DNA of 64,000 nucleotides from Massalongia carnosa (lineage: Eukaryota). The notes below the pieces were generated by a model that worked only from the letters and a program-made list of their open reading frames with translations, did no database searches and had not been told where the DNA came from. Below, piece after piece: positions 48,474 to 61,636 of this stretch (position 1 is the stretch's first letter; every line of letters begins with the position of its first letter). Location: NCBI GenBank assembly GCA_965645245.1, contig OZ287077.1, forward strand, positions 1,488,001-1,552,000. Direction: 5' to 3'. The translations under genes and the position numbers were made by a program.

Positions 48474-51400
48474 TCAAAACTGCGAAATGGCAATGGCAAT
48501 CGCCTGCGAGTCACTATGGCTAATGCTGACATTCACGCTCTTTACCCCCGCTCTGGCAGCGGCAGCTTTGGCGTCGCCAAAGAGCTTAAAGAAGTTAGCA
48601 CATGGTACATCGAGAGAAGCTAGTATGGGACACGTACAGTAACAATCGGGGCACCCTTTTTATCGTTTGTAATCTCAATATCTTTCAGCGCAGCTCCAGC
48701 GCCTTTTCCTGCAACGCCAAGACTCTTGAAAACAGCCTCCTTTGCGCTCCACCGGCCAGCGAAGCTTGCCCGCACACTCGGCGCCTTGCGACAATACTGT
48801 TGCTCTTGAAGGGTGAAGTTGCGGTCGATGAAGGTGTCATTCTCAATGTTGATAGCATCAACGCTCTCAACGTCGACACCTACTTTGGAGTTTCCGGTCG
48901 CGGTGGCATTGGCGAGCGACTCAACCATGTCTCGAGTGGCTTCGGACTTCCTGTTATTCGGCTGAATGGGAGCGCCCACAGGATAAGCCAACTCAGAGGT
49001 CTTCTTATCAAGCGCCACTCGTGACGTGGGGTCCAGGAAGATCTGGCTTTGCTGGTCGTCAGTGTATGGACTGTTGTTTTTGGCGACAAAAAGTGTATTG
49101 CTGATCAGTCCGTTGTGGAAATACCGGTAAGCACGCTTCTGTCTGGCTTGGACTTTGGTTTTGTACGTCAGATACTGGGCATGGTCAAGTGTCGCAAACA
49201 GATACTTGGGATGTATGCCAATGGCCTGTGCACCTTTCTGCCCAAAACCAAATGAAGTAACGGAGAAGGCCTTAACCCCATCGGTCTGGATTGAGCGACT
49301 TGGATACACAATGTAATCAAATTTTTCCATCACCTTGTCCACGTTGTCTGCGTTTCGATTTCCAGGCACTAGACCGCTGTTCAGCACCTGCAAGCAACCA
49401 TTCATCATCCATGCCCCAGCAGCACCCTTTGGGTGACCAGTCAGATACTTTTGGAAAATGCCCAAGAGTGCGTTGCCCTTCTTGCGACCCAGGTGCTTCA
49501 TTTGTTGGCAGATAACATCAGACTCGTTCTTGTCGTTGGCGACCGTTGATGTACCATGAAACGAGGCGACTCCCAGGTCATCGATTGTCAAACCCCAGGT
49601 AGCAAGTGCTCCTCTTAGAGGTGCGATGCGCGAGTCTTGCTTCCAGAAATTGTTGCCCAAGCTATAGGTAGCGTCCTTTTCTTGCCGAACGGCTTCCCGC
49701 TCGATGTGTCCAACCCGATCTTGCATGTACTCAGACTCGTTGAACTCGCCGCCCTCGGACTTCATGGCTGCAACCTCTTCTTGTAGGTACATGAGCTCTG
49801 ATTCCTGCCATTGCTTGATTTGCACCTTTCGTAGATCTAGCTGTCGCCTACGATATTTGATGTCGAGGAGTGGCGAGGGGAATTGGGAGGGTGTCTCCCG
49901 TGCGGTTGTCAAAACACCTTGTCCAGGAGCGGGTACCGACCGACCAATTTTATCGGTGGCGGTCGCTGTGAGTCCAAGAATGCCGTAGATCGGCACTCCC
50001 ATATCCAGAGCGAGCTGAGCGGTCATGATGACTTGCATACCGCATCCCTGAGATTCCATGAAGCCGCTTCGGGTAGTTGTAGTAGGACGTGACATTTCTC
50101 TAGGTGTTCTTCCATGGGCAAATTCGTCCTCGGCATTGCTGGTAGCCTTCATATTTGCAAACTCGTACGATCCTTCCTCTTGAAAATCGTCAAACCCTCC
50201 TACAAAGCATACTCTAGCTTTACCCTCGAGAATAGTCTCATAACCAATATCCACAGACTCCACAGCCGTTGCGCAAGCGCCAACCGGTGTCTTTATCGGT
50301 CCAGTGGATGAAAGGAGCAACATGTTGACCCATGCGCCCATGGTGTTGATAAAAGATTCCTGCAGGATATCTTTTTGAAGAGGTTTGTCCAAGAACCGAT
50401 CTTTGTACATGCCACGGAGGGCCGTAGAGCCGCCAATCCCTGAACCTATACAATTACCTACCTCGGATATATGGACATATTGGTAAAACTCATATGGGTC
50501 GGTAATACCCGACGCAAGAAGAGATTCGGCGGTACACACAAGAACATAAAGAGTGACGGGGTCCACCTGTGAGATGATGTCGTCAGGAATGCCGTAATTC
50601 TTAGCATTCCATCCTGTAGGAATTTGGCCGGCAACCAAACGGTCGAATTTGAGCGCTTTAGGGATGAGCAACGTTGCCCCCTTTTTGATGCGCACCGTAA
50701 ATTCGCCCGAATCCGGGATTTCAAAGACCTCGACCTTATCACCATGTTCGCGCTTGAACTCCTCGGCAGTCTCTTTGGACGACTCGAACGGATCGAGATC
50801 TTCTTCAATCACCACTTCTTGGAGTAGCTGCTTCTTCTTTGGATCATACCCGTTGAATAGCTCCGGCTCGATTAAGCGAATTCCGGAATGTTCAAGGATA
50901 TATTTCTCATACTTGGCCTTGATGTTCTTATCGTCAACGGGTTCACCAGACTTGCTGTCAATCCAGCCCGAATATGACTTTCCTTTGAGCGGGCCGTTAT
51001 GATTTTTGATGAGGCCCATGATCCACGCCATCTCTACGCAACCTTCGAGGGAAAATTGCCCATAGGCTTCCATTTCCCACCTAGTCCGTGAATTGCCCCA
51101 GGGTCCAACTTCCGCGAAGCCCGTCACAACGACGACTTTGTCAAGGTTTACCATACCCTTGAGGTTGATATTCAGTGGCTCGACATCGTTTTCCCAGTTA
51201 GGCAGCTCAGGGAACTGGTACTTGATATTCGCGCGAGGTTCAATCGTGACTTTTCTGTACAAGGCTTCACTGTCTTCTCCATTCACTATCTTGTTCTCGA
51301 TAGCGGTTTCTTTTGTGACTGCTTTGCGGACTTCGCTGGTCTCCATGATCTCTTTACGGAGATTGGTCATCAAGTCGTTCAAATCGGGTATAAATTGAAG

Positions 51401-54161
51401 TCCACCGTTGAGGTCGGCGAAGACAGGCTCGACCTGGCAAAGATTAACAATGTTTGGCGACATGAGACCGAGCAGATTGAAGGCCATTTCCTGTTGAGAA
51501 AACGTGCGAACACCGTAGCGTTCGACTCCTTCGGCAACCACGTTGTTACCAGACATTAAACCAGTGCCACGGGTCCAGCCAATCACTGCACCACAAACGG
51601 TAAGGAAATGACCCCAATGTTCCGAATGCCATCGGTTGAAGAGCGTCTCAAGAGCCAACTTTGACTCGGAATATAGACCATCGTTACCGAATGTGCCGTG
51701 ATTTGGTGAAAGCGGCAGTATTACCTGCGCCGGCCGTGTTTCGAAGCCTCGTTGCTGTTTTTGAGTTTTAATGCATCCTAACAGCCTCAATACGTTGGTC
51801 AACATAATACGATGAGCAAGTTCCGACTTGGAATCTATGCTGTCAATTTCGCGACCATTCTCGGGAATCGCGGCAAACGGAACAACATAATCGAGATCCC
51901 ATCCCAGACAGCCCTTTTTGGTGTCGTAGATGTATTCCACAAGCGCCTCGACGTCTTGTTTACTTCCCTGGTTGAAGGGTACCACGACCAGCTGGGAGCC
52001 GCTGGCACCATATCGCGCATACATTGATTGATAGTATTCGGTGACTTCTCGTGAGAATCTGCTGGTTGTTACAATGACCTTTGCGCCGCCGCTGATGAGC
52101 CCCTGCAGAACATCGGCACCAATGGATCCAGCACCAGCTCCAGTCATCAAAGCGTTCTTGCCTTGGAATGTGACACCTGATTTGGCTGCTTGCTCCAATC
52201 CGCTAAGGTAAATGCCTGTCAGTTTCTTGCTATACTCCCATCCATGTTCGTCTTTTCGCTTAAGATGTAGAAAAGGTATCGTCTCGACTTTGCCCGGCTT
52301 GACGCCTTTCCTGGGGTGCCCATTGAGTACCTTACCATTTTCTAGGGGCATGATTTGGCCCTCACTCATAGCAAGAGAGCGGATGACATTTCCATACAGT
52401 GACTTGATCTGAAGTCTAGAGGACTTAGACAGCTTATTTTGTTGTTTTATCAGCTTATAGATGCAGCTTAAGTCATTTTGCACCTTGGTGCGATTGCCAT
52501 ACTCTGAGATTTTGCCCCCGTCGGCCATCTCACGGACGTAATGCTCCAGCTTACGTGCACTATTTCTAGGCACCTCTGCGTATTCAAGGTTACCTCCAGC
52601 GTCGACGTTGGTTTGCGGTCCGGTGGGAATCGCAACGTCTTTATATACTGGAGCTTCCCCTAAGACGTCTTTGCAGTTTTCGATCAGTTGCTGTCCCAAC
52701 TCTTTGGCTAATTGATACGTCTCTCCCCGCTCCGTGGGACAAATATCCATATGATACTGCATGAAATCAAGGAGAAGGGGATTCGATCGGTTCATGATAC
52801 GGATGCATCGACTGACTATTTCACGGTCGACAGCCTTCAACCGTCCAAAGATAATATCATAATACATAGAAAGGACATCCTGACGAGCCCAGTTCCATGC
52901 CGAATCATATACCCTGGCTTTAAGCTGGCTGAAAGCAGGTTCAATGCCACTAGCATAAAAGTCGCCATGTTCGGTGTTCCACAGGTCAAGTTGCGCTTGC
53001 AAGACCCTTTGAGATTCTTGCGATCCAACAAAAGCTTTGTCGCCAGCTCGCAAGTCCATCTTAAGGTAACGTGCAAATAACTCCAACTGTTGCTTGAACA
53101 ATGCCTTTTGATCTTTGGTCAGAGCATCAAGAGCGGCCGGGTCCATCATCATACTACCGCCCGCGGCACCAGCGTCACCACCAATGGCAGGTGCTGAGAT
53201 ATTAACGCCGGCAGCGGTAGCATACTTATTCGATGCGTCGTCAAGGAAAACCTTCGCATCGTTCTCGGATGCCAACCGCGACGCAGGCTCCATCGTCAGG
53301 GCAAGCAGTAGCACCCCATCTTGCCGTCCGGGTCCTAAACCCCAACGGGTTTCCAGATACTTTCGAACCGCGGTTATATTGAATCCACCAGGCATTTTTG
53401 ATGACACCAATCGTGCCACGAGCGATGATGACTGCTTCCCCAATTGGCCATCGAAGGTTGCCTGCATCGATGCTCCCAATTCATCGAGTGGAGTGTCCTC
53501 TGGCTTCTCTGGCGTGGATCCAAACTCCTTGCCCAGGTCTCCAAGGATTTCATTTTGAAGCGTCGATTTGCCTGGGAAAATACGGATTGATTAGCCATCG
53601 GTCATGGAAACCCTGGTGTCGATACTGACCTCCCACCAGATCCTTTATCGCTTTGCTCAGGGGTATCTCTGCCAACGGCTTCTTCAGTTTTTGAGCAATC
53701 AACGATCTCACAATGTCCACCGCCAAGACCGGAGCATCCGCGACCGCTGCTGCAGGGCCGGAGCTCGCCGGGGAAGGTGCTGCCGCAGCAGCTGGAGCCG
53801 AGTTTGGCGTTGGTCTCGGCGCTGAGGTAGATGTCGAGGGCCCCCCATCGGCAGCCGACAGCACTGCGTCATCCTCGACCGGATCTACATCGTAGTAAAT
53901 TTCCTTGGCGTCTTTGTTGTAACATAAAATTTGGCGTTGTACGGACAGCGCTGCGTCGTAGGCTTCGTATTTGGACGCAAGGGTTCGCTTTGCCATTCCT
54001 CCAAGGGTATCGGCTGGACCAATTTCGACAATTCGCTCCGTCGTCTTTTCCGCCAGAATCACATCCTGCGTTTCTATCCATCGGACGGGACTTGCAAACT
54101 GGTACGCAAGCAACTCGACCAGCAACGTATGTGCCAGCTCTTGCTCGACGTCGGGCGTCAT
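48474..54161 (-). CDS. FAS2: Fatty acid synthase subunit alpha (ACP-KR-KS-PPT)
   Basis: Starts [44 protein letters not shown] is split by an intron at about 53573-53629. [54 protein letters not shown]. Last intron about 48585-48637; ends ..ISQF*. Confidence 0.97.
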
Positions 54162-54764
54162 GATGAGGTAATTTCCCGTTTCACACGGAAGGGGGGGTTG
54201 GTTGAGATAGATGTGGGGACTCAAGATGATCTGTTTCAGCGATTGGTTTTCGAGTTATCTTTACAGGGAAAGGGCATCTGGGGAAGATGGAGATTAGCAA
54301 GCGCTCATGGACTTATGGTATTTTTGTAGCTCTGATCGAGCGAGCGTTTGTTTATTTGCGAAATGCTCTATTGGGGAGGGAAGGGGATGAGAGAAGAACG
54401 ATCAGCTTGGAAGACCGACAAGACCAATAAGAGGAGAAAGACACTTACGTTATCTCCAATTTATGAGCACCGGCTGGGATTGGACACTAGGGATTTCCAA
54501 TGGGGGAGGTGAGGGCTATGAATGGTGTGCGTAAAGTTACTGAGGATTCCAGACATTCGGGATCGAGTCTGGAATGTCGCTCTATGTTTTTTTTCCCAAT
54601 CGCCTTTGAATCGCCCTTATGCCGGCGAAAAAGCGTAGAAGCCGATCGCCGCCGGTTTGTTGGAGACGCTATGGCCCGACTTGGTTAGACAGGTGGCAGG
54701 AACAACCCCAGTTTTGTTGAATGGCGTAGATTAGGGTTCGCCCGTGGTTCCGTGCCTCCCGAAA

Positions 54765-54820
54765 TTTTCGTATATTTCGTATATTTCGTATATTTCGTAT
54801 TTTTCATATTTTTCGTATTT
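54765..54820. repeat. Tandem 9-10 bp (TTTCGTATA)n repeat in the FAS bidirectional promoter
   Basis: About 4 near-perfect plus 2 degenerate copies. Confidence 0.85.
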
Positions 54821-55256
54821 TGTCTCGTTTCGTGGGAGGCGGCGGAACTATGAGGGAAGCTGATAAGCAGAAGATAACGTGCGAGTTACTCGACGCCTGC
54901 TCAGCATTCGGTATTTCGCACCTACTCCGTAGATTATCCCAATCATCCCAATCTCCCTATGACTGAATGCGTGTAGCCAGTTTCCAGTTGTCTTCACGCT
55001 CTGCTCGACTCCACGGTCGAGCCCACCACGATTGAGCGTCTAGCCTGGAGATAAATCGGCGGCCAAGTGGTATGATTCTCCCTTCACCTTCATGCGTGAA
55101 AATCCCCCCCGTGTGATGCTTCCAGTTAGCGTTGTACCAGAACTCCTCGTTGCATACTCGGTGTGTTCTTCCATAAAGCTAACGGACGTCAAGAATAATC
55201 TTCGTAACCATTTATCTCCCCTTGCCCTTCTCACCGCTCCATCCACCACTCGCGAA

Positions 55257-58200
55257 ATGTACGGCACTGGCAGCACTGGCCCTCACACGGGAGTCTCCAC
55301 GCCCCGTTCATCCTCATCTCTGCGACCGCTCACCCTCAGTCATGGCTCCATTGAGCATACGCTCCTTATACCCACCGCCCTGCATTTTCATGCCGCTCAG
55401 CTCAAGGACCGCTTCACCGTAACCCTACCCACACCAACAGACGAATTAGCCCAAGACGACGAGCCTTCATCGGTACCAGACTTGGTGGCACGCTTCTTGG
55501 GTTACGTCGCGGTGGAGGTGGATGAGGGCGAAGATGATGCCCAAGGCACTTATGATGAGGTGCTGAAGCTGGTGCTGAACGAATTCGAGAGGGCCTTTTT
55601 GCAGGGGAACGACGTGCATGCGTTGGCAGCCTCGTTGCCAGGCATTCAGCAGAAAAAGCTGACCGTGGTGCAATCCTACTACGCGGCGCGAGCATCCACC
55701 AATCGACCAGTAAAGTCACATGAATCCGCCCTTTTCCGGGCAGCAGGCGAAGGGGACGCGAATATCTATGCCATATTTGGTGGTCAGGGGAACATTGAGG
55801 AGTACTTCGAGGAGCTTCGGGGTGTCTACACGACGTACCCATCGTTCGTGGAGAGATTTATCGAACGCTCGGCGGATCTGTTACAGTTACTAGCACGAGA
55901 CCCGCGAGCGGAAAAAGTCTACTCCAAGGGACTCGACGTGATGCGATGGCTTCACGACCGAGACACACAGCCAGATACGGACTATTTGGTCTCTGCCCCG
56001 GTGAGCCTGCCGCTCATAGGGCTTTGCCAGCTTGCCCACTACGCCGTGACCTGCAGAACCTTAGGTCTTACACCCCAAGAAGTTAGGGACCGGTTGTGCG
56101 GCACAACAGGTCACTCCCAGGGTATTGTTACGGCCGCAGCCATTGCGGCAGCGGATTCATGGGAGTCGTTTGATAGGGTTTCAAGGGATGCCCTAACCAT
56201 TCTATTTTGGATTGGCTCTCGGAGTCAGCAAGCATATCCACGAACATCGTTAGCTCCATCTGTCCTGCAAGACTCGGTCGAGAATGGGGAGGGTTCACCA
56301 ACACCGATGCTTTCAGTTCGCGACCTTTCACGGGCTGCGCTAGAAGAGCACGTTGACGCAACGAACCATCATCTTCCCGAAGACCGTCATATCGGGATTT
56401 CGTTGACCAATAGCGCGCGAAATTTTGTTGTCACCGGGCCCCCAATTTCCTTGTATGGATTGAACCTGCGGCTCCGTAAGGTCAAGGCACCCACCGGTCT
56501 CGACCAGACAAGGATCCCTTTTACCGACAGGAAAGTCCGCTTCGTGAATCGCTTCTTGCCCATTACTGCCCCGTTCCATAGCTCCTATCTCAGCGAAGCC
56601 ACGGCGAATGCCGTGGATGATCTCAAGCACGTTAAGTTCAGCCGCAAGAATCTCGGGATTCCCGTATACAATACCGAGTCGGGGGACGACATTCGCACGG
56701 AGGATGCTGATGATATTGTGCCTTCTCTGGTACAGCTGATAACCCAGAGTCCGGTCAATTGGGAAAAAGCAACGGCTTGCCCACATGCAACCCATATCGT
56801 TGACTTTGGTCCCGGTGGTATCTCCGGTCTTGGAGTTTTGACGAACCGAAATAAAGAGGGCACGGGCGTCCGAGTCATCCTTGCCGGCGCTATCGATGGT
56901 ACAAATACTGAGGTTGGCTACAAAACCGAGCTTTTTGATCGCGATGAGGAGCACGCTGTCAAATACGCCGTCGATTGGGTCAAAGAACATGGGCCAAGGC
57001 TCATCAAAAACTCGGTAGGCCAGACGTTTGTGGATACCAAGATGAGCAGGTTGCTTGGGGTTCCCCCCGTCATGGTTGCTGGTATGACACCTTGTACCGT
57101 ACCTTGGGATTTTGTCGCCGCAACAATGAACGCTGGTTACCAGATCGAACTTGCTGGTGGAGGATATTACAATGCCAAAACAATGACGGAAGCACTCGGT
57201 AAAATTGAAGAGGCTATACCGGCAGGTCGTGGAATTACTGTCAATCTGATCTACGTCAACCCACGAGCCATGGCGTGGCAGATCCCTTTGATTGGACAGC
57301 TTCGGTCGGACGGTGTTCCTATCGAAGGTTTAACCATCGGTGCTGGTGTGCCGTCGATTGAAGTTGCCAACGAATATATCGAGACTTTAGGGATCAAACA
57401 CATCGCTTTCAAACCTGGATCTGTGGAAGCCATCCAGCAAGTCATCAATATCGCCAAAGCGAACCGGCACTTTCCAGTCATCTTACAATGGACTGGTGGC
57501 CGAGGGGGTGGTCATCACTCGTTTGAAGACTTCCACCAGCCCATCCTACAAATGTATGGCCGAATTCGAAGGTGCAATAATCTAGTTCTCGTCGCCGGGA
57601 GCGGTTTTGGTGGCTCTCAGGATACATACCCATACTTAACCGGAACCTGGTCTGCCAGATTTGGCTATCCGCCTATGCCCTTTGATGGTTGTCTCTTCGG
57701 TAGTCGGATGATGACCGCCAAAGAAGCCAAAACATCCAAGAACGCGAAAAAAGCGATTGCCGAAGCCGAAGGCGTTGATGACAGCGAATGGGAGAAGACG
57801 TACAAAGGGCCCGCTGGTGGTGTGATTACGGTTCGTTCCGAAATGGGTGAACCTATACACAAGCTTGCGACCCGTGGAGTCAGATTTTGGTCCGAAATGG
57901 ACCAGAAAATCTTCAGTCTAGACAAAGCCAAGCGTGTGTCGGAACTCAAGAAGCAGCGCGAATACATTATCAAGAAACTCAACGACGATTTTCAAAAAGT
58001 ATGGTTCGGGCGGAATGCTGCCGGGGAGGTTGTAGATCTTGAGGATATGACTTACGGTGAGATTGTGCGCCGCATGGTAGATCTCATGTATGTAAAGCAC
58101 CAATCGCGTTGGATCGACCAATCGCTAGAGCGCCTGACTGGAGATTTCATTCGAAGACTTGAAGAAAGGTTCATCGCTACATCTGGAAAGCCCTCCCTCA

Positions 58201-61200
58201 TTCAGAATTATTCCGACCTAGATGAGCCATTTGTCATTGTTGATAAAGTTCTCAACACCTACCCCGAGGCCAATAGCCAGCTTATCAGTGCTCAGGATGT
58301 TCAGCATTTCTTACTCCTATGTCAACGCCGGGGGCAAAAGCCTGTGCCATTTGTTCCATCGTTGGATGAGAACTTTGAGTTCTTTTTCAAGAAAGACTCC
58401 TTGTGGCAATCCGAGGACCTTGAGGCAGTTGTGGATCAAGACGTGGGTCGAACGTGCATCTTGCAAGGCCCGACCGCTGTAAAATATTCAAACACGATTG
58501 ATGAGCCAATCAAGGACATACTAGACGGGGTTCACAACGATCATATCAAAGGATTGGTCCAGGACGTTTATCATGGTAAGGAGGAGGCGATTCCGGTCGT
58601 AGAATATTTCGGCGGTCAGCTCCGCTCAACAACGGAAGATTATTCCGATCGGGACGGTCTTACCACGTCGCAAGACAGCGGAAAAATCACCCATCGTCTT
58701 TCGTCTGGGCCCAACATTACCCTCGTCGAACCAGACGCTTGGCTGCATCTTCTTGCTGGCAAAGGACGTTCTTGGCGATATGCTCTCTTCACTGCCGAGG
58801 TATTCGTCCAAGGAAAGCGGTTCCAGACGAATCCTCTCCGCAGGCTATTTGCGCCGACGAAGGGTATGTTTGTGGAAATCCTGCACCCGGATGAACCTGA
58901 TAAGACCGTAATCACGGTCAAGGAACCTTCTCATTCGGGCAAAATGGTAAGGACGATAGAAGTCAGCAAGACGGCCCAAAACGAGATCAATGTCAACCTT
59001 TTCGAAGAGAGAACCGCCCAAGGCAAGCCTGTCGCTCTGCCGCTTAAATTCACATATCATCCCGAGGCCGGCTACGCGCCTATCAGAGAAGTCATGAAAG
59101 GTCGCAACGATCGCATAAAGGAATTTTACTACCGCATCTGGTTCGGTAATGAAGAGGTGCCGTTCGATACTCCTGCGACTAGCACGTTTGACGGAGGCCG
59201 AGCCACTGTCACCAGCCGCGCTATCGCTGACTTTGTGCATGCCGTGGGAAACACCGGGGAAGCGTTTGTCGAACGAGCAGGCAAAGAGGTTTTTGCGCCC
59301 ATGGACTTTGCTATAGTAGTTGGCTGGAAGGCCATTACGAAACCGATCTTTCCCCGCGCAGTTGATGGAGATTTACTCAAGCTGGTACATCTATCCAATG
59401 GCTTCCGCATGGTTCCTGGAGCCGAGCCTCTAAAGAAAGGTGATGTTGTGCTAACAACTGCTCAAATTAATGCCGTTATCAATCAGGATTCTGGTAAAAT
59501 GGTGGAGGTCTGCGGGACGATCAAGCGTGAGGGCAAGGTCGTCATGACAGTCACCACCCAGTTCCTTTATAGAGGTGCATACACCGATTACGAAAATACG
59601 TTTCAACGGAAAGACGAGACGCCGATGCAGATTCACCTTGGCTCCTCAAAGGATGTAGCCGTCCTGCGGTCAAAAGAATGGTTCTACATGGATGAGCCGG
59701 AGCCGGAGCTCCTGAACAAGACTTTGACGTTTCGTTTACAAACCTTGATACACTTCAAGAACAAGACGGTTTACAGCCATGTGGAAACAATCGGTCAGGT
59801 TCTCCTCGAGTTACCCAGCAAAGAAATCATCCAGGTTGCGTCTGTGGAGTATGATGCTGGCGTGTCTCACGGCAACCCTGTCACCGATTATTTGCAGAGA
59901 TACGGCTCATCTATCGAGCAGCCCGTTAACTTTGAGAACCCTATCCCATTGAGCGGTAAGACCCCGTTGGTTCTCCGAGCGCCTTCTTCGAACGAGACTT
60001 ATGCTCGTGTCTCTGGTGACTTCAATCCCATCCACGTGTCTCGGGTGTTCGCCAGTTACGCAAATTTGCCAGGCACGATTACCCATGGAATGTACTCCAG
60101 CGCCGCTGTACGCAGCTTGGTCGAGACATGGGCTGCGGAGAACAATGTTGGCCGGGTTCGGAGTTTTCACTGCAATTTGGTGGGCATGGTCTTACCCAAT
60201 GATGATATCGAGGTTAAGCTTCAACATATCGGTATGGTGGCTGGCCGGAAGATCATCAAGGTAGAAGCCAGCAACAAGGAGACGGAAGAAAAGGTTCTTC
60301 TCGGTGAAGCAGAGGTCGAACAACCTGTATCATCATACGTGTTTACCGGTCAGGGTTCTCAAGAACAGGGCATGGGTATGGAGCTTTATGCTAGTAGTCC
60401 AGTGGCCAAGGAAGTGTGGGATCGAGCCGACTCGCATTTCATGGAAAACTACGGTAGGTAGATTGTCGTTCAAAGGACCCCCCCTATGCTAACCTAGTCA
60501 GGTTTTTCAATCACCAACATCGTCAAAAATAATCCCAAGGAGCTCACCATACATTTTGGCGGACCCCGAGGCAAAGCTATCCGCGAAAACTACATGTCGA
60601 TGACCTTTGAATCCGTAAACGCGGATGGCTCGATCAAGTCGGAGAAGATCTTCAAAGAAGTCAACGAAAACACCACTTCGTACACCTATCGCTCTCCCAC
60701 CGGTCTTCTATCGGCAACGCAGTTCACTCAGCCTGCCTTGACTCTCATGGAAAAGGCTAGTTTCGAAGACATGCAGTCCAAGGGTCTCGTACAGAGGGAC
60801 AGTAGCTTCGCAGGGCATTCGCTTGGCGAGTACTCTGCGTTGGCCGCCCTGGCGGAAGTCATGCCCATTGAGAGTCTGGTTTCTGTCGTCTTCTATCGTG
60901 GTCTTACTATGCAGGTTGCCGTTGAGCGCGACGCCACCGGGCGATCGAACTATTCCATGTGTGCTGTCAATCCCAGCCGCATCTCAAAAACGTTCAACGA
61001 GCAAGCTTTGCAATACGTGGTAGAGAACATTGCTGAAGAGACTGGCTGGCTTTTGGAGATTGTGAATTACAACGTTGCGAACATGCAATATGTTTGCGCG
61101 GGCGACGTCAGTCTAACCCTCTCTCCCTGTTTCCGCTCGCATGCTAACGCTTCTCTCAGTTACGCGCTTTGGACTGCCTCACAAACGTCACCAACTACTT

Positions 61201-61636
61201 GAAAGCTCAGAAAGTTGACATCCAGTCTTTGATGCAAACCATCTCCCTTGAGGAGGTAAAAGCCCACTTGGTAGAAATTATCCAACAATGCGCCAAGGAA
61301 ACCGAAGCCAAACCCAAGCCCATCGACCTTCAGCGCGGTTTCGCCACCATCCCCCTCAAGGGAATCGACGTTCCCTTCCACAGCACTTTCCTACGTTCTG
61401 GCGTGAAACCCTTCCGCAGCTTCCTGCTGAAGAAGATCCACAAAACCAGCATCGATCCCAGCAAGCTAATTGGGAAATACATCCCGAACGTCACCGCCAA
61501 GCCATTTGCTATCACGAAAGAGTATTTTGAGGAGGTGTACAAACTGACGAATAGCCCTAGGATTGGCAATGTGCTGGCTAACTGGGAGAAGTATGAGGAG
61601 GGGAAAGGGGAGGTATCAAGGACACAGGTCTTTTGA
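55257..61636 (+). CDS. FAS1: Fatty acid synthase subunit beta (AT-ER-DH-MPT)
   Basis: ATG at 55257 ([12 protein letters not shown]). Motifs [54 protein letters not shown] and IDVPFHS. Introns 60454-60501 and 61107-61159. Confidence 0.97.

Noticed and set aside
48602..61569. Many short ORFs overlapping FAS1/FAS2 (and likewise other long genes)
   Set aside because: Antisense or alternate-frame shadows of codon-biased CDSs, with no recognisable motifs.
45687..61636. FAS pair plus reductase as a secondary-metabolite cluster
   Set aside because: The FAS looks like the complete housekeeping pair with a PPT domain. No PKS, NRPS, tailoring enzymes or cluster regulator are visible.
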